Shown here in pieces: positions 1 through 8,819 of a stretch of 64,000 nucleotides of DNA (its first letter is position 1; each line of letters opens with the position of its first letter). The DNA is taken from assembly GCA_019057385.1 (NCBI GenBank), contig JAHQJS010000008.1, positions 64,001-128,000 of the forward strand, read 5' to 3'. The stretch is from Candidatus Borrarchaeum weybense (lineage in GTDB: Archaea > Asgardarchaeota > Sifarchaeia > Borrarchaeales > Borrarchaeaceae). Under the pieces are notes generated by a model. That model made no database searches. It saw only the letters and a program-made list of their open reading frames with translations, and was not told the DNA's origin. Position numbers and translations under genes: made by a program.

Positions 1-1
1 C

Positions 2-136
2 CATAAAGGAAAACCCAAAATCGTTCCAAAAAAGTATTCTACATTTCATTGCATTTTACCTGATGAGAAAATCATTGAAATCGAGGGAAAACTGTTAGTT
101 GGACGTCCTGAAGATCGTATAAAGAAAAAACGGTGA
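2..136 (+). CDS. rnp1: RNase P protein component 1 (Rpp29/Pop4), 3' partial
   Basis: Hand translation ...IVPKKYSTF...IEIEGKLLVGRPEDRIKKKR*; canonical position upstream of uS17. Confidence 0.9.
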   Translation, partial: HKGKPKIVPKKYSTFHCILPDEKIIEIEGKLLVGRPEDRIKKKR

Positions 137-142
137 GATTGA

Positions 143-469
143 ATGATAAGAAATATTGGGCTAGATGTGGATCCCCCAAAAAGTATATGTGAGGATCATC
201 ATTGTCCTTTTCATGGGATCAACCCAGTGCGTATTCGAGGAAGGATATTTTCTGGGGTTATTGAAAATGATAAAATGGATAACACTGTCATTGTTCGACA
301 AGATTATCTGAAATATAGTCGAAAGTTCAACCGATATGAGCGTGCAACTTCGCATATTCCCGCACATAATCCACCTTGTATAGATGCAAAAAAGGGTGAC
401 AGAGTAAGAATAGCAGAATGCCGACCCATCAGTAAAACAGTATCTTTTGTCGTTGTTGAAAAACTATAG
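143..469 (+). CDS. rps17: 30S ribosomal protein uS17
   Basis: RNIGLDV..P...[22 protein letters not shown]. Confidence 0.97.
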   Translation: MIRNIGLDVDPPKSICEDHHCPFHGINPVRIRGRIFSGVIENDKMDNTVIVRQDYLKYSRKFNRYERATSHIPAHNPPCIDAKKGDRVRIAECRPISKTVSFVVVEKL

Positions 470-488
470 AAATTGGAGGAATAACTCA

Positions 489-911
489 ATGTCAAAAAGA
501 GGACGTGCATCTGGTAGTGCCTATAAAGTAGGTGTTACTAAAGGTTTACCTTTAGGTGCTGTCTTAAAATGCGCAGATAATTCTGGCGCAAAAGTTCTGA
601 AAATTATTGCAGTTCTAAGATATGGAGGAAGGCTACGTCGTCTTGCATCAGCCGCTGTTGGGGATATGGTGGTTGTTTCAGTAAAGAAAGGAACGCCACA
701 GATGCGCAGACAGGTTATTAACGCTGTTATAGTACGACAAAAAAAGCCTTATAGACGATTTGATGGCACTTGGATTTACTTTGAAGAAAATGCTGCTGTT
801 ATTACTACACCTACAGGCGAACCCCGTGGAAGCGATATAAGAGGCCCTGTTGCGAAAGAGGCTGCTGAACGGTGGCCAAGAATCGCTAGCACTGCGAGGA
901 TGATTATTTAG
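489..911 (+). CDS. rpl14: 50S ribosomal protein uL14
   Basis: [35 protein letters not shown]; start moved to ATG 489 after GGAGG. Confidence 0.97.
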   Translation: MSKRGRASGSAYKVGVTKGLPLGAVLKCADNSGAKVLKIIAVLRYGGRLRRLASAAVGDMVVVSVKKGTPQMRRQVINAVIVRQKKPYRRFDGTWIYFEENAAVITTPTGEPRGSDIRGPVAKEAAERWPRIASTARMII

Positions 912-923
912 GAGGATTTCTTA

Positions 924-1313
924 ATGCGAGTAAAATCAAAACAACCAAGAAAGCAACGTAAAGCGTTATTTAAAGCACATCTTCACCAAAGACAAAAACT
1001 TGTTTCCGTTCATTTATCACCTGAATTACGAGAAGAACTGGGTTTACGCTCACTTACTGTAAGAAAAGGCGATTTAGTCGTCATTAAGCGTGGAGGACTA
1101 CGTGATGTCGAAGGAAAAGTCACTGATGTCAATTTGAAGAAAATTCAGGTTTTCGTTGATGGTGCAACAAGAGACAAAGCGGATGGTACTACAATCAATA
1201 TACCTTTTCATCCCTCAAATTTGATGATTATTAAATTAAATTTAAAAGACAAGCGACGAAAAGCAATTCTCGAAAGAAAGGCAATTGGAAAGGAAGAACT
1301 GTTTGAAGAATAG
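924..1313 (+). CDS. rpl24: 50S ribosomal protein uL24
   Basis: SKQPRKQRK, VRKGDLV..KRG, HPSNLMI. Confidence 0.96.
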   Translation: MRVKSKQPRKQRKALFKAHLHQRQKLVSVHLSPELREELGLRSLTVRKGDLVVIKRGGLRDVEGKVTDVNLKKIQVFVDGATRDKADGTTINIPFHPSNLMIIKLNLKDKRRKAILERKAIGKEELFEE

Positions 1314-1327
1314 AGGTGAACATTAAA

Positions 1328-2074
1328 ATGGCGAGAATGGGAAGTAAAAAACACTTAAAGAGGCTAGCTTCGCCGCGTTTATGGCAGATCCACAGAAAAG
1401 AGGCAAAGTGGGCACCAAGAACAAGACCAGGCCCACATCCACTAAATAAATCAATACCACTTCAAATTATTATCCGTGATATGCTAGGTTATGCAAAGAC
1501 TTATCGAGAGACGAAAAAAATACTAGCAGAAGGCAATGTTCTCATTGATGGAGTAGTGCGTGCAGACGAACGTTTTCCTGTTGGACTAATGGATGTTATT
1601 GAGATTAGAAAGATAGACCAATTCTATAGAGTTCTTCCACACCCCTCAAAGGAACTTATCCTTCACGAAATAGGAGGAGAAGAAGTCACCTTTAAATTAT
1701 GTCAATTAATAAACAAGGTCACCGTTAAGAAAGGTAATATTCAATTGAATTTTCACGATGGAAGAAATATTCTGGTGAAAGTTCAAGATCCTACCAATCC
1801 TGTAGAAGATACGTATAAATCAAGAGACGTATTACAGCTCGTTCTCCCAAATCAAGAAACCATCAATCATTTTAAATTTGAAGAAGATGTCCTCGCGATT
1901 ATTATAGGTGGCAAGAACGCGGGATTAGTAGGACGTATTAATGAAATTGAAAAAAGAATTGGTCATCATGCAAGCGTCGTCACGCTTGAAAATGCTCAAG
2001 GGGAATTAATTAGAACTGCTCTTGAATATACTTTCCCTATCGGGACAGATGAACCAATAATTTCCTTGCCATAG
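1328..2074 (+). CDS. rps4e: 30S ribosomal protein eS4
   Basis: KHLKRLASP..W, PGPH, FPVGLMDVI, QLNFHDGRNI. Confidence 0.97.
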   Translation: MARMGSKKHLKRLASPRLWQIHRKEAKWAPRTRPGPHPLNKSIPLQIIIRDMLGYAKTYRETKKILAEGNVLIDGVVRADERFPVGLMDVIEIRKIDQFYRVLPHPSKELILHEIGGEEVTFKLCQLINKVTVKKGNIQLNFHDGRNILVKVQDPTNPVEDTYKSRDVLQLVLPNQETINHFKFEEDVLAIIIGGKNAGLVGRINEIEKRIGHHASVVTLENAQGELIRTALEYTFPIGTDEPIISLP

Positions 2075-2109
2075 TAAAACATAATCTAAAAATTCTAACG
2101 TGAACGCTT

Positions 2110-2718
2110 ATGTCAAGTATTTCAGATGAAGAAAAAGTGTCAAGTATTTCAGCTGAAGAAAAAGAGAGATTACTTAACGATTGGAAAGAATATCCTATGC
2201 GTAGCCCAAAAATTGCAAAAGTCGTTGTGAATATGGGTGTAGGAAGATCTGGAGAGTTATTGGAACGTGCTAGAAACGTTCTTGAAAGTTTGACAGATCA
2301 AATTCCAATAAATCTTATTGCAAAACAGACTATTCGTGATTTTGGAATTCGAAAAAATGAACCAATATCGTGTAAAGTGACCTTAAGAGGAGAAAAGGCA
2401 AGATCATTCTTAGAAAAAGCAATTGTTGCTGTTGATAATCAATTACTACTCAATTCCTTTGACAAATTTGGCAATTTCTCTTTTGGAATTAAAGAGCATA
2501 TTGATATTCCGGGAACACAGTATGATCCGGATTTAGGAATTTTTGGGATGGATGTATGCGTAGCTTTAGAGCGACCTGGGTATAGGATTGCTCGACGTCG
2601 TCGACAGCGTTATTCTGTTCCTATGAGGCATAGGCTTACAAAAGAAGAAGTGAGACTTTTCATGGAAGAAGAGTTTGGTGTTGAGATTGTTAAAGAACGT
2701 AGAATGAAATTCTTTTAA
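2110..2718 (+). CDS. rpl5: 50S ribosomal protein uL5
   Basis: KVVVNMGVG, FGIRKNEPISCKVTLRG, GNFSFGIKEHIDIPG. Confidence 0.97.
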   Translation: MSSISDEEKVSSISAEEKERLLNDWKEYPMRSPKIAKVVVNMGVGRSGELLERARNVLESLTDQIPINLIAKQTIRDFGIRKNEPISCKVTLRGEKARSFLEKAIVAVDNQLLLNSFDKFGNFSFGIKEHIDIPGTQYDPDLGIFGMDVCVALERPGYRIARRRRQRYSVPMRHRLTKEEVRLFMEEEFGVEIVKERRMKFF

Positions 2719-2741
2719 TGTGAATATTAGAGGTGAAATGT

Positions 2742-2891
2742 TTGCCTGAACGTGCAAAATTTGGAAAGGGAAGCCGAAGATGTAGACGGTGTGGAACTCA
2801 TAGAGGTTTGATCAGATCTCATGGCATAAATATTTGTCGCCGTTGTTTCCGGGAAGTGGCTGATAAACTTGGTTTCAAGAAATTTGGGTAA
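2742..2891 (+). CDS. rps14: 30S ribosomal protein uS14 (not in ORF track, 49 aa)
   Basis: Hand translation (M)[48 protein letters not shown]; lies between uL5 and uS8. Confidence 0.95.
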   Translation: MPERAKFGKGSRRCRRCGTHRGLIRSHGINICRRCFREVADKLGFKKFG

Positions 2892-2902
2892 AGGAGATTA
2901 AA

Positions 2903-3295
2903 ATGACTCTTATGGATACTTTAGCAAATGCAATGTCTAATGTTTATAATCATGAACTTGTTGGTAAGAAAGAAGTAATAGTTAAACCAGCGTCTAGAGT
3001 AATTGCAGCCACCTTACGCGTACTTCAAAAAGCGGGTTACGTTGGTGAATTTGAGTTTATCGACGATGGACGCGCAGGGATATTTCGAGTGCAATTATTA
3101 GGACGAATTAATAAATGTGGTGTTGTAAAGCCACGTTATCCTGTTAAGTTTAGAGATTTTGAAAGATGGGAAAAACGATATCTTCCAGCTAGAGGCTTTG
3201 GCTTGCTCGTAGTGTCAACACCCGAAGGTGTTATGTCTCATACAGATGCAAAACATCAAAAAACCGGTGGACGGCTGTTAGCTTACGTATATTAG
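2903..3295 (+). CDS. rps8: 30S ribosomal protein uS8
   Basis: [28 protein letters not shown]. Confidence 0.97.
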   Translation: MTLMDTLANAMSNVYNHELVGKKEVIVKPASRVIAATLRVLQKAGYVGEFEFIDDGRAGIFRVQLLGRINKCGVVKPRYPVKFRDFERWEKRYLPARGFGLLVVSTPEGVMSHTDAKHQKTGGRLLAYVY

Positions 3296-3338
3296 ATCTT
3301 ACATGAAGGATTTTGACTTAAACTTTAGGTGAATTACG

Positions 3339-3881
3339 ATGGTGAAACAAGCTCTCGTTGAAGAAATGATTGAGATTCCAAGGGATGTAAGTGTGGATTT
3401 AAATGAATCTACTATAATAGTCAAAGGTCCAAAGGGAGAACTGAAAAGAGATTTTAGCCATGCTCACGTTTCAATTATAAAAGAAAATAATGTGATTAAG
3501 ACCCAAAACTACTTTCCTAGAAAAAAAGAAAGGGCACTTGTAGGTACTATTGCTTCCCATATACGAAATATGCTCAAAGGCGTGACAGATGGGTTTATTT
3601 ACAAAATGAAAATTGTGTACTCACATTTCCCGATTTCAGTAGAAGTTAGGGGTAAAGAAGTTCGTATCAAAAATTTTACCGGTGAACGTTCTCATAGAAG
3701 AGCCCGTATTATTGGACACACTTCTGTACTCATGGAAGGCAAAGATACATTGCTCATTGAGGGTATTAATATAGAAGAAGTTGCTCAAACCGCTGCAAAT
3801 ATACAACAATCGACTAAAATTAGAAAAAAGGACATTCGTGTGTTTATGGATGGCATTTACGTCTCAGAGAAAATTAAGTGA
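3339..3881 (+). CDS. rpl6: 50S ribosomal protein uL6
   Basis: VKGPKG, KIVYSHFPI, KDIRVFMDGIY. Confidence 0.97.
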   Translation: MVKQALVEEMIEIPRDVSVDLNESTIIVKGPKGELKRDFSHAHVSIIKENNVIKTQNYFPRKKERALVGTIASHIRNMLKGVTDGFIYKMKIVYSHFPISVEVRGKEVRIKNFTGERSHRRARIIGHTSVLMEGKDTLLIEGINIEEVAQTAANIQQSTKIRKKDIRVFMDGIYVSEKIK

Positions 3882-3956
3882 GATTGATTGACTTTTTCCA
3901 AAAACTCAAAGTCTTGTTTTGCTGATTTGTAAAGAATGAGATATCTTATTTTATAA

Positions 3957-5419
3957 GTGAACTACCTCACGCTAAAGCAGTGAGGCTTCCTGTTTCTGCG
4001 ACCATACTTGCCTCAACGTAGGCTATCTGATTCAGATACTCCAACATTAAGGTAGAGGTATTAGTCTCCACAGGCGTGACTTCGGTAGGTCCCCTACCTA
4101 GTAACCTACGCCCTTCGTGTTCTAGCACACAACTGCTGTTATAATCACGGTCTATCACTAGACCACAGTGGTGACATGCATAGGTGCGTTCGGCTAAACT
4201 CATGGGGCGCTGATGACCGCAACGCGAACAAGTCTTTGTGGAGGGGAAGAAACGGTCAATTTCCACCGGTGTATGCACCTTTGTTTCAAGCATGCGAATT
4301 ATCCCACCCAGGCTGGTTGATAGCATTCTGTTACCCCATAGGCGTTGCCAGGCGCGTAAATTCTCAGTTTGATAACATACCATTTGGAAATTAATGGCAA
4401 GGAAATGAACCAGTTTATTACGAATGTCTCGTTTTATATTGGTAGTTTTGGCATATGCTTTGAGCAACTTATAGAGCGTTTTCCACCAATTCTTACTGCG
4501 ATACTGTTTACGACTTAATTGCTTACACAACTGCTTTATACGGCGTGTAACTGGCACCTTGTAGCGTATACGCACACCGTTCGACAGCGATAACTGATGC
4601 TTTACCCCAAAATCAATGCCAATTGATTGGGTTGGCATTACCATCGCCGGTCTGTGTTCTCGCGGCGTATAGGTAGTTATGGATACGTAATAATCGCCAT
4701 GCTGGTGCAGTAGGGTAGCATTGGCACATTCACAATTGGACGGTAGTTGTTCCAAGCCGTTGACACGCAGTTTTTGCGGTATCCTTTGAATGTGCAAGTA
4801 TTTCCTGTTGATAAGCTTGTAGGTATTGCCGTATTGCTTGAGCGGGATGGAATTCACATATGACTTAAACTTCAACCTCCCCACTTTACGACCCTTCGCT
4901 TTCGCACGCGCTAAGCTATGGATATTCTGTTGGGTGCGCGTGATGATGCTCTGACGCATGTGTGACGATAACTGCCCTAATTGGCGCATCTCAAACTGAT
5001 CTTTAACCTTCACTGACACGGCTGTGATTTTATCATCGATAGAGAACACGTTAGGGTGGCTAACACAATAATTATACCGCCATTTAGCTTCTAAGAATAA
5101 GCGCTTCAAGCGAATTAACGAATCTTTGTTTAAGTGCGAATGGTCTAGCTTCACGGTATACACCCGACACTTCATGTGTTTACGCCGCTCCTTAGTGTCC
5201 TTCAAGGTATTTTTGATCTGTTCGTTCTTTGTTAACATGGTATGAGTGCTCCGCACAACTTACAATAACTCGTTAATAATGTACAACATAATTGCTCACT
5301 CTGTGTACTCCATCCCTGTTTATAAACTCAGCAAAAAGTAGCACAAAGTTAAAAAATGTAAAATCCTGACACCATTCATCCCCAGGCTCAAGCAATGGGG
5401 CTTTCTTGTGTTATCTTAT
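3957..5419 (-). mobile_element. Non-autonomous IS200/IS605 element (tnpB only)
   Basis: Minus strand: TTAC at 5420-5423 precedes the left end with hairpin CCCCA..TGGGG; right-end hairpin CCTCAC..GTGAGG then TTCAC ending at 3957; no tnpA. Confidence 0.8.
3967..5256 (-). CDS. tnpB: RNA-guided endonuclease TnpB
   Basis: RuvC-I IGIDFG, PSTKTCSRCG..CHHCG zinc finger, RuvC-III DRDYN. Confidence 0.92.
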   Translation of the reverse strand: MRSTHTMLTKNEQIKNTLKDTKERRKHMKCRVYTVKLDHSHLNKDSLIRLKRLFLEAKWRYNYCVSHPNVFSIDDKITAVSVKVKDQFEMRQLGQLSSHMRQSIITRTQQNIHSLARAKAKGRKVGRLKFKSYVNSIPLKQYGNTYKLINRKYLHIQRIPQKLRVNGLEQLPSNCECANATLLHQHGDYYVSITTYTPREHRPAMVMPTQSIGIDFGVKHQLSLSNGVRIRYKVPVTRRIKQLCKQLSRKQYRSKNWWKTLYKLLKAYAKTTNIKRDIRNKLVHFLAINFQMVCYQTENLRAWQRLWGNRMLSTSLGGIIRMLETKVHTPVEIDRFFPSTKTCSRCGHQRPMSLAERTYACHHCGLVIDRDYNSSCVLEHEGRRLLGRGPTEVTPVETNTSTLMLEYLNQIAYVEASMVAETGSLTALA

Positions 5420-5481
5420 GTAAGCTTGCTGTTTGAGACAATCTCAAATTCACATTTTAAAAGATAAATTATCTTGCTTAT

Positions 5482-5889
5482 TTATTTGAGCGGTACAAAT
5501 TGAGAACTCTTAGTAGCTCCAACACCAGGATTACCATGATTTACCCTTTTACATGTCGGGGCGAGTTCACCCAAATACTTACCAATCATTTCTGGTCTTA
5601 TTGTGACCTCTATGAAAGTTATTCCATTGTATATGCCGATTGTGAAACCGACGAGTTCAGGTAAGACAACCATGTCCCTATTGTGTGTTCGAATAATTAC
5701 CTTCTTTCCTTTTTTGACCGCGCGCCTTGCTTTCCTAATATTTTCTAATAACTTTTTTTGTCGTGGTGGTAGACCGCGTAATAAAGATCTCCGCTGTCGT
5801 GCTGGTAATAGTTTAATGATGTCATCCATAGACATTTTTTGTAACTCATCAAGAGTGTGGCCGCGATATGTGAAAACCTTCTTGGACAT
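5482..5889 (-). CDS. rps19: 30S ribosomal protein uS19
   Basis: [41 protein letters not shown]. Confidence 0.97.
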   Translation of the reverse strand: MSKKVFTYRGHTLDELQKMSMDDIIKLLPARQRRSLLRGLPPRQKKLLENIRKARRAVKKGKKVIIRTHNRDMVVLPELVGFTIGIYNGITFIEVTIRPEMIGKYLGELAPTCKRVNHGNPGVGATKSSQFVPLK

Positions 5890-5953
5890 CAGAAATCACC
5901 TTTTTCTTGCACTACAAAGGATGTTCAGCTCCTTTTAAGAACCTTACGATTAT

Positions 5954-7474
5954 TTATAAAACAGCTGAATGGTTGATAAAATTCCACGTTTTATGATAAT
6001 CATCAATCTTTTCATGAGAGGAAAGACCAGCCTTAAGGTTATCAGGCTGTGCGCTCGTCACCGAGTTCAGGACATGCTTCATTACTACTGTTTTTTTCAG
6101 TATTTCGGCAGTCTTGAAGGAGGTTATCCCGCTGTGCTCAAAGAGGTCATGAATCATCGACCATCTACGGTAAGGACTGCCCTTTTTCAAACGAGGTTCT
6201 ATGAACTCCCCGACTTGTGAGAGCACCCAATTGTAGACGGCTGGAACTGCTTCCTTGAAACCCAGCCCTCTTCGAGCTATTACATAACTTGCTAAATGAT
6301 GTACCATCAAATTATGTAATCCTGAATATTTGTATTTCCCAATGAGGGAAGTATATCCGGGAAATACCTTTCGGAAGGACACACCGCGCTTTTTACACTT
6401 TCTCTCTAACAAATGCAGGGCGGTGGTCTTTAAGTTGTTTAATTTTCGATTGCGTTTTATATTGTAGGAAAATTCTTGATCGAATTGTAAGTCCTCTACC
6501 ACGATTCCTTTACCTTTATTGATGCAATAATTAACGATTTTATCCATTTTATAAGAGATGTAATCGTTACGCTTGTTTTTTCTATATGTATGAAGGTTAC
6601 CAAAAGATATGGTATGATAGGAAAGAAGTTTACCATATGCATTTACATTTGTTAAAGCAACAAAATTATAGTTAAAATCCAGTCCGATCGCGCCAGATAT
6701 ATATCCGTAGAGTGGTGCAGGCTCTGAAATCTCATAAGATACATGAGCATAGTAGCGGAGTTCTCCCTTTATGAGCTGTCTTTTCACGGTTACAGTGTAT
6801 TTGTCGAGATTAAGAATTTCCTGAAACCATTGTTCCTGCACATGGTTTAATGACATGGGAAAAATGAGCCATTTACGTCCTTTTTGTTTAGAGAAGGTGC
6901 GTAACTTAACCGTTTTATCTGGTAATACTTTGATATTATCGTTTGTTGACCTCGTCTTTCCAATACACTTAAAGGAAGAATCACGTCTAATCTTAAACGC
7001 CTCTCTACTTATCTTGCCAAGGATTCGGTCTCTAAATAATTTCTTACCACCAAACACCACGGGTTTAAGCATTAAATTGTTTACTTTAGCCAGTAGGGAG
7101 GATCTACGCGCGTATAATCCCTTTAGCCTTCTGTCGTGCTTATTCTTTTCCTTTATTGTGTTGATTTTCTTGGTAATGACTGTTAATTGTTGCTGCATGT
7201 ATTTCCGTTGTTTTTCTAGCCATGTCTTTTGTGCTTCCAATTTCTGATTGTTATCAATCAGGATGGTGTTAACATAGGCGTTATTGTGACATACGCTCAT
7301 CAAACACTGCTGTATTGTTCTTACTTCTCCAAATCTGTCAGCAATATATTTCTCACCATAGAACAGCAGGTTATAACCGATCCTTTTCACCCGGTTATAG
7401 ATAGTGAAAATCTCATGTAGAGCATATTCCTGTTTTTTGTCGGGATAGATTCGAAATTTAACCGTTTGAATCAT
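5954..7474 (-). CDS. Atypical TnpB-like protein (no zinc finger), copy 1
   Basis: RuvC-I IGLDFN, RuvC-II IVVEDL, PGYTS.IGKYKY...HHLASYVIARRGLG; close paralog at 51929-53455. Confidence 0.85.
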   Translation of the reverse strand: MIQTVKFRIYPDKKQEYALHEIFTIYNRVKRIGYNLLFYGEKYIADRFGEVRTIQQCLMSVCHNNAYVNTILIDNNQKLEAQKTWLEKQRKYMQQQLTVITKKINTIKEKNKHDRRLKGLYARRSSLLAKVNNLMLKPVVFGGKKLFRDRILGKISREAFKIRRDSSFKCIGKTRSTNDNIKVLPDKTVKLRTFSKQKGRKWLIFPMSLNHVQEQWFQEILNLDKYTVTVKRQLIKGELRYYAHVSYEISEPAPLYGYISGAIGLDFNYNFVALTNVNAYGKLLSYHTISFGNLHTYRKNKRNDYISYKMDKIVNYCINKGKGIVVEDLQFDQEFSYNIKRNRKLNNLKTTALHLLERKCKKRGVSFRKVFPGYTSLIGKYKYSGLHNLMVHHLASYVIARRGLGFKEAVPAVYNWVLSQVGEFIEPRLKKGSPYRRWSMIHDLFEHSGITSFKTAEILKKTVVMKHVLNSVTSAQPDNLKAGLSSHEKIDDYHKTWNFINHSAVL

Positions 7475-7681
7475 TGTGTTTCTCCCTTACCTTCCCCTAA
7501 AGTCTTTTTTTGGCCTTATCAGAAAATTATTATACAATATTATATATGTATCTGCTGGTTTATATAGTTTTTGATGTTTATAAAGGCGTATAAATCTCAA
7601 ACGTTTCCTTATGTTATATGCATAATATCTGGGTAATATTTTTAAACAGTATAGTCTATATAACTATTCAGGGAATGGAAT

Positions 7682-7900
7682 ATGAAACGCTCAATGCTTG
7701 AGATCGTAAAAACACTTTTTGACACCCTTGATGAAAATGGATCAAATCCATTTATTCGCACCATAGAGATCGTTGAGAAAACCGGCATAAGTCATCGCTC
7801 TCTAAAGACACTGGTCGAATTGATTCAGTTTATTCAAGAACAAAAACCCCTCAAATTCATCCAACAATCGCCAAGGGTAACACTGTATTTTCTTGAGTAA
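7682..7900 (+). CDS. Small winged-helix-like protein
   Basis: 72 aa with HTH-like TIEIVEKTGISHRSLKTLVELI. Confidence 0.6.
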   Translation: MKRSMLEIVKTLFDTLDENGSNPFIRTIEIVEKTGISHRSLKTLVELIQFIQEQKPLKFIQQSPRVTLYFLE

Positions 7901-8038
7901 GTGGGACATATTTACAAGGAAAAAGTTCACGGGCAGCAAGTTCTTAGAACATGTGTTCAAATTGAGCTTCACCTCAACAGCTTGATCTCTAAGATACTTC
8001 AATGATTTTTCTACTATCTTCACATCATTTCAAACTCC

Positions 8039-8404
8039 TCAAAATCTCTTAGCCCATTGCCATGACATCCTCCGAGCCACCTCATACGCTTTGTTCTCCC
8101 TTCCTTGCTTGACATACATTCCAATCAACGTCCTTCGGATTGATAATAACTCGTGAAAAATACATGTCTCTTGGATTTCAAATTCAGTAATTTTATCGCC
8201 ACAACGAACACACTTCATTTTTAGTTCTTTAACTCTTTTTGTGTCTCCGTTAAATTTCGCTGCCCTCTTTTCTGCGTCTAATTTGTCTTGTCGTCTGTAG
8301 TATCCTCTTAAAATGGCTCGTATATTTGTTAGTTTGCTGATAGTTACACGTTCAAGGATTAGTCTTTTTTCGAGTTCTTCATTAGTTTCCTCTACCATTT
8401 CCAC
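8039..8404 (-). CDS. Hypothetical helical protein with CxxC
   Basis: 121 aa ORF, GGAGG upstream, CVRCG. Confidence 0.55.
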   Translation of the reverse strand: MEMVEETNEELEKRLILERVTISKLTNIRAILRGYYRRQDKLDAEKRAAKFNGDTKRVKELKMKCVRCGDKITEFEIQETCIFHELLSIRRTLIGMYVKQGRENKAYEVARRMSWQWAKRF

Positions 8405-8819
8405 TAATCCTCCCCCTCCTAAAATCCATTAAAAAGACCAAATAGCTTAAATACAACCTAAGAATGAAGGCTGAATTCTTCTTCTTAGTTTAAAAGACGT
8501 TAAAATAGCGGCATTAATAGCCATTTTCATCACCTCGTGGGCAACGGGTTTGTAGAGTTGGTTATGGTACAGTCCGTCATAACTTTCTGCGTGTTACGTC
8601 ACCTGTATTCAACCAAACTTTGCTTCTTAATGTCAATTATTGTACAGCATAATTTAAACACCACCAAAAATCGCTGGGTTTATATACTAAAATGCGTGCT
8701 GTGACTATCACTTCACACATTGCCAAAAGAACAAATTAGACTCATAATTCATTTTTAAGGTAAAAAAACTAGCTATCGTCCATTTCAGGTAGATCTATTA
8801 TTACAATCATTCCCTTCTT

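Noticed and set aside
5969-6220. Conserved antisense 83-aa ORF (also 51944-52195)
   Set aside because: Explained by nucleotide conservation of the TnpB 3' end / omegaRNA region; no independent coding evidence.
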